From Chrysemys picta bellii (taxonomy: Eukaryota): DNA of 64,000 nucleotides. The first letter of the stretch is position 1. Each line of letters starts with the position of its first letter. The notes below the pieces were generated by a model. That model searched no databases, was not told the origin of the DNA, and saw only the letters and a program-made list of their open reading frames with translations. The stretch lies in NCBI RefSeq assembly GCF_011386835.1, contig NC_088793.1, forward strand, positions 169,322,001 to 169,386,000, in the 5' to 3' direction. Position numbers and translations under genes: made by a program. Positions 49,820-60,981 of the stretch are shown here, piece by piece.

Positions 49820-51882
49820 GACGGTTACTTGTGCTGATGAGCTCTGCGTGGTCACCTGTGCTCTCCACGCTGGGCAAACAGGAAATGAAATTCAAACCTT
49901 CGCGGGTCTTTTCCTGTCTACCTGGTCAGTGCATCTGAGTTGAGAGCGCTGTCCAGAGCGGTCACAATGAAGCACTGTGGGATAGCTCCCGGAGGCCAAT
50001 AACATCGAATTCCGTCCACACTACCCCAATTCCGACCCGCAAAGGCCGGTTTTATCGCTAATCCCCTCGTCGGAGGTGGTGTAAAGAAACCGGTTTAAAG
50101 GGCCCTTTAAGTCGAAAGAAAGGGCCTCGTTGTGTGGACGTGTCCAGGCTTAATTCGGTTTAACGCTGCTAAAGTCGACCTAAACCCGTAGTGTAGACCA
50201 GGCCTAAGTAAATGGGGGGCGGGGGGAGGGGAACAGCACTTATAGTAAAGAGCAAATGTGATTCTTTACAAGTAGAGCTTGTTATAAGATGTCACATCTT
50301 AAATTGTGTAGTCTTAGAATGTCCTTTACAGTAGATACAGACCCCTAAGAACTATTTTCTTTGAACATATTTATTAGACTGCCAAAAGTTTCCACATCAG
50401 CAGAAAATTAGACAAAATAAGGACTGAGTTAAATACAGTTGCTAAAGTACATTCATGGTATTATACTTGAAACTGTAAGCCAGAAGATGTAAGTTAGTAC
50501 AAGTAAACAAAACTGCAAAGTTGTGAAAATACCCTCTTTCATTTACAATTTGGGTTTGGGGGTAACAACTTTATTCTGGAAAGGAAACAGTGAATTGGTG
50601 AGACTATATTTGTTCTTGAAAAACAGTCAAGAGTACCTTCAACTAGATACTGCTTTACAGTGATTATGAATGTGTTTGATGTTTTAAAACATTGCACTTC
50701 AGCCCAGAGAGCATAGGGTTTTTTTCCCCAGTAGGCAAGGCAGTGTTTATATTTATCTACACTAATATTTTAGATTAGAGATTTTACAATGGAATGACTT
50801 TTGAACAAGGCAGTTCTGTTTCAAATTTCCACACCCTTATACCATCTGTCCTACTTGTAAACACAATGAGCACTTTCAAGGGAAGTTCCTGTATAGTTTT
50901 TAAAAAAACTAAACTAAAGGACAAAGGCTTGCAGACTATTCCATGTTGTTTTCTAATGTAAGTACATAATGCTACACCACGTGGAGTGCTTTCTGAAGGG
51001 CTACTGCCACATCTTCACCAAAATAGACTTTGGTAAATACCTTCTCTTTTGTATAGGCAACTTGCATAAGCTATCAGTACAGACAATAGATTAAGAGTGT
51101 GTAGTTAAAATTCTTTGTTTGGGGGGGGGGGGGGGAGAGGAGAGGAAGCTCTCTAAACCAATCTCCTCCCCAAACATTTCACATCAATTCAACCCCTTTA
51201 GGCAACTAAATATAGCCTCCCATCAGGAAAAGAGGGAGGTTCTTACATTGGTGGCCAACATATTGTAAAAGCCTAGGGAGGACAAGGCAATTTGTAGTTT
51301 TCACCCATGTTAGCAGACCAAAGTAAATCCTAGGCCTGGTATATGCTGAAAATTTAGGCTGATTTAACTACATAGCTTAGGGGTGTGAATCTACATCTCT
51401 CAGGAGTGTGAATTTAAATCAACCTAAACCCCAGTGTAGACAGCACTAGGTCAACGGAAAAATTCCACCTTTCTAAAAAACTTTTACCACATTACCTACC
51501 ATGAAGAACACACACTAGTGAAGACAGGGTTGTAGATTGTAATATGCTATAGAACTCAGGAGTCTGAGCATTAGATTTCCTGGTCCACTGAAATGTACAT
51601 TACCACAAGACAATTCAGATTTTATCTAGTTGAACAACAAGCAGGCAGCAGCATACCTTTATTTAGAGGCTCATTGCCAGTGAGCAGGGAAACAGTGTAC
51701 AAATCACAGAAGCCAGCCCTAAAGAGTTGTCACCGGGATACTGCAGTGGTTACCAGCCTCTAGCATAGCACATCAATTTATAGCAGTTTAGAACAAGTAG
51801 TTTAATCCCACATTATAATTCAGCATTTAAAGACCCACAAACTGCTATTGATTAAGTTGTTTTAGAATGAATCAAAGTTAGT

Positions 51883-51888
51883 TTTATT
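51883..51888 (-). terminator. Candidate TBCC polyadenylation signal (AATAAA)
   Basis: TTTATT on plus, ~65 nt past the TBCC stop. A second one lies at 51658-51663. Confidence 0.5.
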
Positions 51889-51951
51889 TGCAGCTATGCT
51901 GGGACCTGCTGATCAATCACAAGTTTCAAGTGTTTCCTTTGCAGCCTCCAT

Positions 51952-53028
51952 TCAGTCCCACTGGGTGATTCTGTCCTGCTCAGGGATCACGCTCCAGTTG
52001 GGCGAGGGCTCATCCCGGGCCAGCCAGTCAAAGTCATCCACCAGGTTCCAGTTGTTCCTGCCTCTGTCCAGCCCGGAGGACTCGTAGTCGCCCTCGATGC
52101 CTGGGTAGCTCCAGGTGTAGGGGGCGAAGCGGACGCCACGGCAGTCCTCCACGATAGCCCGGCTGGTCACCTGCACGTAGATCCGGGTGTCCCGGGTGCG
52201 GTGGGTGCGGAGCTGCTGGCAAGCCAGGACCAGGAGGCAGTCACTACACCCGTCCACCAGCACCGAGGTGGAGACGGGCCCACAGAGCACGGTGCAGCCC
52301 CGGCAGTCCCGTACCCGGAGCGTGTTGGGGTTGCCGCGGAGCAGCACGCGGCAGTCGCTCAGGTCGGCCAGGAGCACATCGCGCTGCAGCAGCTCCGAGG
52401 GGCCGAGCTCCAGTGTCTGGGCCTCGGCCTGGCTGAAGCCGCACAGCGGGGGGCCGCTCCCTTCGCCCTCCGCGGGCAGCTGGCCGGCTGGGGCTCGCGG
52501 CGGGACGGACTCCGCGGGCAGCTGGCCGGCCGGGGCGGCAGGCGGGGCGGACTCCGCCTCCTTCCTGCGGGCCCGGAAGGCGAATCGCTTCTTGGGCTGC
52601 AGCTGCTGGCGCTTGGCCGTCAGGGCCCCTTGGAGCCGGCTCAGCGCCTCCTGCGCCTGCCGCACCTCGTACGGCGCCAGGAAGCGGACGCTGTCGGTGA
52701 GGAGCTTCTGCAGCCCTTGCAGCCGGGCAGCCGCCTCCTCCAGCGACTCGGGCCGGCCCGCCGCCTCCTCCTCCTCCGCCTGGCCCGGGCCGGGCCCCAG
52801 CAGCGCCTCGATGGCCGCCCGCTCCCGGGAGAAGGCGGCCACGAAGAACCCGCTCTGCTCCTCCTGCACCGCCTGGGCCGCCTTCTCCTGCCGCCGCCGC
52901 TCCGCTTCCCGCTGCCGCTCCGCCTCCCGCCGCTGCAGCCGCTCCGGCACCGCCACAGCCCGCGGCCCCAGTGGGGCAACGCCGCCGCCAGAAGCTGCCG
53001 GACCCCGCTCTGCAGCCGCTGCCTCCAT
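51952..53028 (-). CDS. TBCC: Tubulin-specific chaperone C (cofactor C), single exon, 358 aa
   Basis: VPERLQRREAERQ..FFVAAFSRERAAIEALL, LQGLQKLLTDSVRFLAPYEVRQAQ, PKKRFAFRAR, C-CAP domain LCGPVSTSV..ACQQLRTH, and C-terminus VDDFDWLARDEPSPNWSVIPEQDRITQWD. Start taken at the strong-context GAAGATGG (53028). Confidence 0.97.
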   Translation of the reverse strand: MEAAAAERGPAASGGGVAPLGPRAVAVPERLQRREAERQREAERRRQEKAAQAVQEEQSGFFVAAFSRERAAIEALLGPGPGQAEEEEAAGRPESLEEAAARLQGLQKLLTDSVRFLAPYEVRQAQEALSRLQGALTAKRQQLQPKKRFAFRARRKEAESAPPAAPAGQLPAESVPPRAPAGQLPAEGEGSGPPLCGFSQAEAQTLELGPSELLQRDVLLADLSDCRVLLRGNPNTLRVRDCRGCTVLCGPVSTSVLVDGCSDCLLVLACQQLRTHRTRDTRIYVQVTSRAIVEDCRGVRFAPYTWSYPGIEGDYESSGLDRGRNNWNLVDDFDWLARDEPSPNWSVIPEQDRITQWD

Positions 53029-53029
53029 C

Positions 53030-53420
53030 TTCTCCCCCGTCCCGCTGCTCCGCCTCTCACTAAGCGGCCTGCTCATTGGCTGCCGGCACCCTGGGCTGGG
53101 TCCCCGCCCTCGATTGGCGGCCGGCCTTTCAGGAGGGGGGGTGGGCGTGGCCTCGCGTGTTTTTAAAGGGGCCGGCGCCTCTCTGCGGGAAGGGTGAGTC
53201 TCCGCATTAGACGTGCCCGCCTGTGGGTTTGTTGTTATTGGGCTTCCGAAATTAGAGCCAGGCCGTAAATAACCCCGCGTGACCCCCTCCCCCACTCACC
53301 CGCGCGCGCGGGGCCGGTCCCCTGCTGAGCCTGGCGGAGGAGGAGGCCGCGCGACCAGTAGCAGCAGGTGCGCGCGCTACTCGCCGGCAGCGCGGCGTGG
53401 CCCTGCTCCTCCGCCCGGCA
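53030..53420. promoter_or_regulatory. CpG-island bidirectional promoter (TBCC minus / probable BICRAL plus)
   Basis: Very GC/CpG-rich (~51950-53900). ATTGG (CCAAT) boxes at 53075-53079 and 53113-53117. GC boxes CCCCGCCC (53102-53109) and GGGCGTGG (53143-53150). Confidence 0.7.
53170..53367 (+). other. BICRAL: Probable non-coding first exon(s) of the head-to-head gene (BICRAL by synteny)
   Basis: Plus-strand donor-like sites AAGG|GTGAGT (GT at 53194) and GCAG|GTGCGC (GT at 53368) in the CpG island. Identity rests only on the known mammalian order PRPH2-TBCC-BICRAL; no coding exon seen. Confidence 0.4.
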
Positions 53421-56400
53421 GGGGGGCAGCCTCGGCCGCGCCAGGCTTCCCCCGTCAGGAGAGACCCCGCGGGGGTGACGGAGCTTCGGCTCCCCCCTCT
53501 GGCTGGTCCCTTCCCTCTAGGTGCTGCGGTCCCCAAGCCGGGGCCTTCCTGCCCCGCTGCAGCAGCGCCACCCCCCCCCCCCCCCGTGGGGGAGGGAGTC
53601 TGCTGAGAGCAGCCGTAGGGCAGTGGGCCTGGGACGGGTCCCTAGGAAGGCTGGGGCTGCGCGTCAGGCGTGGGCCGGGGTAACCCAACACCAGGAGCAA
53701 TAAGGGGCCAGGGCCAGAGCCGAAATAACCCTGACATTGTCTCCCTGCCCCCGCAGCCTGTTCCCTCCACACAGCCTCTTCCGATCGCCTGTCAGTTCGC
53801 TTTGAAGATGGGCTGCGGGGAGGTTTTCTTCCCGCTTCCCGTTTTCTTCCTTCCGTGACTTGTAAATAATTTGCGGTCTGAGGCGTTGTCGTGACTAGAA
53901 TGTATTTGACGTTCAAAATAAAGTCTGGCCTAAGCGAGTGATGGCTGCCCACTGAATTATGTTATTTTTATTGTGAATTTCTATGTATTATGAAGGTCTT
54001 GGCCCTATAGACTACAAAGAGGAAGACCTGGGCTGTGCCCCTGAAGGAATTTACAAAATAAATGGACATGTATTAAAAGTACTGTCAAAATTAAGACCGA
54101 GTACACTGGATACCTAGGTCTTAAGGAGGCTCCAGTATCAAAGTGGTATAGATAAGACAAACATTGGTAGTACTTCCTGTACTAAATTTCATTTGGTGCA
54201 GATATGTGGTGCTGGCTGATTGTAGTACACATGCTCCTCAGAACTATTCCTAGGGATCAAGTGACTGTTTCAAACAGTCAAATTTTAAAATGGAGTATTT
54301 GGATGCATAAATAAACAGGGATCTAAGTAGCACATTTATATGTGCAAATGCTCGGTTTGACTGCACCATTGCAGTTGTGTTTTTCATGATTGTGCATCTG
54401 ACTTCTTGATTGTCGGTTTTATTCAAAAGGGAAGGGTACAGGTGAAGGGTGTGCATGTGGGTCCTAATGTGTTTAGAGATAAGAAGCTGTTGGAAAAATA
54501 TAGACCTACCAAGGATTTCTCTCACTCTGTTATTCTTTTTACTCTGTTTCTTAAATTTATTTTACAGTCAAGGCATATTTTTAAAGTAAGCCTGCTGGCT
54601 TCACAGTAGAAATATAATCAGCTGTCGCTGTGAGTTGGCAATTCTCAGCAGAACATATATTTTTTTGGTTAAACTAATGTTCTATAACACAAAGGAAGTT
54701 TATATCGTATGAGGAAGATTGCTTTATAAAAAATAAGTCTTAATGCCTGTTCAATTCTACCATTTGCCATCTTCCTCTTTGCATGTGGAAAATGCATAAA
54801 ATAAACAATTATCAAATCCCCCCAACAACCTTAGAAACAATCCATTAAAATGAAAATGTGAAATATTCAGAGAAAGTGGTTTGGGTTTGATTTCTTTTAT
54901 TTGGACAATATCTGTTTATCTGCTATAACTGATTGCCTGTTACAGTTAGGAGTGGGCATTGAATCTGACTGACTTCTTTGTAAGTTATAATATTTTGTTT
55001 ATTGGAGAGACTGGGTTTGATTTTTGTGTCAAAAGTAAAATTACAGTATTAGCTTCTAGGGAGTATTTGTATGGGACCTTGCAGGTAGTAAAGACAGTCC
55101 ATTTTGGACCATGGAGGAAGAGGCAGTAAAGAAGGAAGGCAGTGAAATGCCCTTCTTTCTTGTTTTGCAAAAGCTTAAGTTTTTAAGGGTTCTGCATTGC
55201 AATGGAGAGGGGGTATTGGTGGAATAACTTTGATGTTATGATTTAAAAATTGAAGGATGAATGTTTGTCTAGTAAGATAAGTACTTCACAGCAGGTTTGT
55301 AAGCATGGGGCGAAAGTAACACAGTAATTGCAGTGGAGTCACATTGCTTTCTTGTAATTGATTTCCAGCATACCGGAGGTAATAGTCTATTCAGATGGAA
55401 TATAGAAGGGTAATGTAGTGTTTAATGCATTCCAGCACTTAGCTATCTCAACACCGCAAAGTTAATGGGTCCAGAATTCTGCTTGTAAAGGAAGAACATA
55501 AGAGTTTTTGAATCTTATAAGAAATATCTCTTAGGCTTTGAAAAAGGAGAGTGCTGATTCATGAAAACTAGAAAGAAATTCTGAAAGCCTCTCATTCCCC
55601 CCCTGTTTTGTAGGAATTATGTCAGTATAAAACATAAGTTAACTGAAATACATCAAGATGTCCTAGAGAGACACTTATGCCAATTAACAGCAGAAACAAA
55701 TCCATCCCTGGTGTAACTGCTGTGGCGTTACATCAGACATTAATTCGGTGCAATGAGCTTAGTGTAAAAATAAATAAAATTTTCCTTCAACATTGTTATT
55801 TTTTCTTGGTTCTGTTATTAAAAATAAGAGGTAGATGTATGTTGTGTCAATGACAGGCAGAGTTTCCTACCTTATGCTCTCTCTGATGTAGGCAACACAA
55901 ATAATGCAAGTGTACAATGATGAAAGCACTTATCTATGAACACGATAACTTTGACAAAAAACAGTTTTGTCCCATTTCTCAGCATCTCAGGAGAGAGCTT
56001 TTGAGAATGCTGTATTGAAGTCTCAAGTTACGAATACTTCATTACCTTTACAAAATTGTGTACAATCAATTGTTTTGTGCTAGAGGAAATGTCAGAAATA
56101 ACCAGACACTAAATTACATTTGTCAAAATACGTTAAATAGGTACTTCTTGTGATGCAATATAATTTTTTATTGTTGACTCATAAAACTTGATAATCTTAC
56201 CGGGGAGCTTCCTGCAGTTTACTGATGGTACAAAGTAGCAAGAGCCAACTGTATTTGTGAGTATGAGATTCACATAGAGAATGGAATTTTTTTGACTCTG
56301 TTAAGCCACACAAATGATCTATGGTGTTAAGAGGCTAACCAAAGTACTTTTGTACCAGTGAGTTACATGGATATCAGAGGGTGACACTGTAGACTAGTAA

Positions 56401-57378
56401 TGAAAGATTACAGAGAAAGGAGCAACAAAATCCTTTCCTTCAATTTTCTCATCTAGAAGTTACAACTTTCCTTTCCTCATTTAGAATTTCAGATTTCAGT
56501 AAATAATTATTAGTACAGTATTTTTTGTAGGAGCACCGAGAAACTCAAACTTTTCCCGTTATTCAGACCTGTCTGTGACACCTCTAATTAAGGTTGCACT
56601 TTCTATTTTAAGCCCCTGCTTTCTGTTTATAACATTGCCAGACTTTAACCATTTGAGTTGAAATTTTCCATGCTTGTTCTTTGCCTCGGACTGAATTTTG
56701 GGGGGAATTTTCAGCAAAAACAGTTTAGCTGTTTCTGAGACCATGGTTGGCAAAACTACCTATTTTTCTCTAATCTTATTTTTTTGTAACTGTTTCATTG
56801 AAGAGTTCTAGCAGCTTCATGCTTTTGAGTGAGGAACTTGAAATTTGGCAGGTGGATGGGCCTGTGGTTAGGAAGACGCCTTTTGTTATCTCTTTTTGAC
56901 AATCAATCCTGACTTGGTTTAGTTCTAAGCTTCTGAAATTACTGAGCATGTGCAAATAGCAGAGCTTTTTAGATGCTGCTGAAGTCTTTGAACATTCTGT
57001 TAACCACAAAGCTGTCGGTGCTTTAGACAGACCTTCATCTGTACTGAGCATGCACCAGCCCTATGGAGCTCTTAAATGTCACTTGTTTTAAACATGCTCC
57101 CAGGCCCTGCTTAATCTTTATCACATTGTTACAGATATAGACCATTATCTACATTTGAAATGCTTTGATTTGTTTTTTTTGATTTATTGATTCATGGCCT
57201 CTTGAAGAAAGAACTAGTGAACAGAGAAATACATTAGAATGTTGATTCCACTAGTACAAAAATATTAGACTATGTCCTTTGTGCACATTAATTTGGATAA
57301 CAATTAATCGAGGTTACATTTTTTTTAGGGAAATATGTTCTTAAAAATTAACCTTAAGGTAACAACGCTCTTGCTTTT

Positions 57379-57633
57379 GGGTATGTCTACACTGCAGCTG
57401 GGAATAAGCCTCCCAGCCTGGGGAAGACAGATTTGGGGACTTGAGTTAGCATGCTAAAAATAGCAGTGTGGACACTGAGGCTTGGGCTCTCAAGGCTAGG
57501 GGGTCGGGTGGGCTTGAGAGTCTGAGCTGCAGCCTAACCAACAACGTCCACACTGCTATTTTTAGCATACTAACTCAAGTCCTGCTGGTGTGAGTCTGTC
57601 TACCTGGGCTTGGAGGCTCTCTCCCAGCTGCAG
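57379..57633. mobile_element. Non-autonomous Harbinger-type palindromic MITE
   Basis: Begins GGGTATGTCTACACT, identical to the first 15 bp of the autonomous TIR. Internally palindromic (CTGCAGCTGGGA..TCCCAGCTGCAG; GCATGCTAAAAATAGCAGTGTGGAC vs GTCCACACTGCTATTTTTAGCAT). Right TIR missing. Confidence 0.7.
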
Positions 57634-59319
57634 GGCCCAATTCTCTCCTCAGTTACCCTGGTACTGAATTCAGTGGAAGTTGCATCCCTTTATTTGAAGG
57701 GAGAATTAGGTCCTAGGTTCAAGTTCCATGTAAGAAGTTGGGTTCATAATTTGCCACTATTACTGTGCCATAATGTTCAGGTGAAAATTAAAGACTGCAT
57801 TGCACTTTTGTCACTACTTAAAAACTATAGGGAATAACTCTATAAATCTGTCCAACAGTATCTGTCTGTCAAATAGGATTGTTTTATCCAAGACCCAAAG
57901 CTGCCCCACCAAGGAACATGGATAATGTGGCTCTGTGTGGGCATAGGAGTCCTGCATTGTTCTGAGTCTAGGGTTGGGGCATGACAGTGTGTGAATTGCT
58001 GATGGCTGCATAATGGATGCTGCATTGGTCTACACAACCATTGCACTACAAGGGTCTGATTCCAGTTTACACTAAGGCCCTTTTACACAGCTCTGGAACT
58101 CTGATGGGGCCTTAAAGTGAGCATATGAATTATATTTAAACTCACTTTAAGACCTTTTTACACTGCACACTTTACATACTTTAAAAGGGCCTTACTGAAA
58201 ATGAGAATCAGCACCTTAGTACATAACACATTATTGAAAGCACTTTTGGGTACTTTGCATGTGAAAAGCTCTATATAAAACTAAAATTCTATTCTATTTT
58301 AATGCAGTTTCATATTTTTTTGTAAATATAATTTATTAAATCTTTTCAAAAAGCGAAAGTGATCACATGATAGAAGCAATTATAAAGACAGTTCCTGCCA
58401 GCATCTGTATAATTAGGATATTGTGTTAACATTTCCATTATTAATACCTGTTTCCAGAATTTTTAAATTCATTATAATTCACTGTGAGCGGAGGTTTCCC
58501 CCTGGAATCACTTTTTTTTCTTTATTCCTCAAGGGATAGAGACTTCAAACCCTTCTATTGGTCCTGTTGACACCCTGATTTTTCCCACTTTGTTCTCTTC
58601 CTTTTGGATATGTATATCTTTGTCTGTGTAATGTACGCTTGAGGGATAGGTCCATCCCCACTGGTTTTTACTAATCAAGTTTCTGTTTCTGTGTTTGCAT
58701 GGCCAGGCATGTGATTCTTATGTTTTGGCTCTGCAGAGACAATGTAATGAAGAGGAATATGCCCTAGCCTTTTCCACATTACTTTTTGTATTTTCTCCTG
58801 AGAAGCCCTGCGCTCCAGTAATTCTTTTTGGTGAAGGTGACTTTAATGTACGCTGCTTTTTCAATCAACTAGAATGTGACACTAGGATTTGACATAGGAT
58901 ACCTATTTGTGCTGCTTTTAATGTTTTAGGGTTTCTGTTTATATTTCTAATTTAAAAGGATTTAAAATTAAAACTAAATACTGAGGACCAAATTTTTTTC
59001 TGATATAAACAGGTGGAACTTAACTGAATTAAATGGAGTTGAATTTAAAATGTTGCAGGTCATTAGTCTGTAATATGGGCAACTCCCTTCTAATATATAT
59101 TGGAAATTTGAAAAAAACCCTAAAAGAGTGAATCTGAAAACTGTCTACTGTCTATTCCCATTACATAAGTAGTTCCATTGATTTCAAGTCTGGCTCTTGC
59201 TGCTTTTCATTCTGATTTTTATTATGCATAGGGAACAGAGTGGCTTAGATTCTCCAGTGCAACAGTGAAAGCTCTCACAGGTACTGTAGATAAGCCATAA
59301 AAAGCCTAAATTGCTAGAT

Positions 59320-59690
59320 AAAATTAGATGAGTGGTAATGGGTTATGAAATCTTTCACATGTGGGTCCTTGGTTTAATCTGGCCTCAGTAATGACTGAAA
59401 GTAGTTACCAATTTACTATTGGTTTCTGTATGGAATACATGAAATTCAGCCTAGTTTCTAGTGGTGAAAACCATCATCACAATATTACCTGGCAACATGA
59501 TGATATCATTGAAGAAGCCAAGGATTGAATTGGAATCAAGACTGCTCTATGCTTTTAGCCCTAGAAGTGTTTTTTCTTGTCAAGGAGCATCAGCTGGGCA
59601 ACATGGGAAAGATTGCATTATTACCTCCCATGCTGTAGTGAATAATGGTAGACTAGAGATTTAGCATTCTGTGGATTAAACTTTTAGTTC
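59320..59690 (+). mobile_element. Degenerate LF-SINE-like relic
   Basis: Order of recalled LF-SINE-like blocks: ACTGAAAGTAGTTACCA..CTAGTTTCTAGTGG..ACCATCATCACAAT..GCCAAGGATTGAAT..TGGGAAAGATTGCA..TTCTGTGGATTAAAC. Recognised from memory only. Confidence 0.45.
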
Positions 59691-60981
59691 TTGTTATTTA
59701 GCACTTAAATTCAGTTAATTTTTGAAATCAGACTTTACCTGTACATTTAGTGTTATGAAATTTTAAAAATTTGTACCACTGTTGAAACCCTTTATAAATA
59801 AAAATAATCTAGTATCTTCCATTTTATTATAGAGTTTTAAGTGGCAAACATTATATTAAGACTGAAATTCCACTTTTGTTGTAAACCTGTGTTTCACATG
59901 CTCAAATCTCTTTCAAAATGTTTGAGGTGAAACTTCATGTTTGCAGGAAGGGAGTTAGCACAGATCTGGGGCTTAGCAAAGGTCTGGAAGACACAAGATG
60001 TGTTTCTGTTCCTGGCACTGACTCGCTGTGTGATTAAGTTGGTTAATTCCCAAATTTTTAATTATCTCTGCTAATTTTGAGTGCCCAACTTGTGATACCT
60101 GGGGATTGATTTTCAGATACTGAGCTCCTGCAGTTCCCACTTCAACTGGAATGAGTGCGCAGCTCCTCTGAAAATTTGGTCTTAGGTGTCTAAAGCTGAG
60201 CATCCAAAAACGTAGGCATGCAAAACCAGAGGCAACTTTTGAATGTTTGCCCCTAAACTTCTCTGCTACAGTTTCTCCTTCTGTAAAATAGTTAGAATAT
60301 TCATCTGCTTTATAGGTGTGTTGTGAAGGTTAGCTAATTGTCTCATTTGTAAAGCACTTTGAGATCCTTGGTTGATAGACTTGATAAGTACGAAGTAGTC
60401 ATATATTTGGTCTCAACTAAAGATTGTGTTTTGAATATCTAACCTTTTGTTAAATAATGAAGACAATGTCAAGGCATTTATTTATAAATAAATAAGACCC
60501 AACCTCCATGCCACTATCTTAAATGCAGGTTCCATATCGTGCATGTGGAACAGATTGGCCCTACTGCAGTATTTTTCAAGTTAGTGCTATCATGAAACAT
60601 AGATTGTCCGGTAGCTTCACATCTCCATTTACAGGGATTACACAATGATTCTCTGCTATAAAAGCTGAAAAAGATAAGAGATGTGTGGCTCATTGAGAGC
60701 TAGTTATCATACTTGGCTCAAAACAATGGCCCAATCTTGCATAGTTTTTTACAGGAAAAAATTTCTTACTTTTTTTTTTTTTGCCTGAACAAGGACTGGG
60801 CCAGAATAAAGTGTAGGGATTGGGTCAGAAAAGTACAGTTTCTTTTGTCTGCCAATGTTTGTTTAATTATATAGAGCCCAATGTTGCAACCCTTATTCAT
60901 GTTGAGTAGTACTTGAAGTCAATGGGACTTTACATGTGACTACATGGTTCATGTGCGTGTGCACTGGGCCTCAGCCTAGAG

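Larger units (their letters stand above)
44716..50204. mobile_element. PIF/Harbinger transposon, copy 3 (5489 bp), inverted relative to copies 1 and 2, apparently intact
   Basis: TIRs GGGTATGTCTACACTACG / CGTAGTGTAGACCAGGCC. Perfect TAA TSD (44713-44715, 50205-50207). Both genes open. Confidence 0.97.

Noticed and set aside
44709-50211. Apparent 7-bp TSD (TAAGTAA) around Harbinger copy 3
   Set aside because: It is explained by a 3-bp TAA duplication within a short (TAAG)n target. A 3-bp TSD is the Harbinger norm.
52187-53197. Long plus-strand ORFs (336 aa, 321 aa) antisense to TBCC
   Set aside because: These are shadow ORFs expected from the very high GC content of the TBCC coding strand. 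They contain no recognisable domains.
51952-53295. 447-aa ORF as the TBCC protein
   Set aside because: The first 89 codons run through promoter motifs and show no TBCC similarity. The strong-context ATG at 53028 matches the expected N-terminus.
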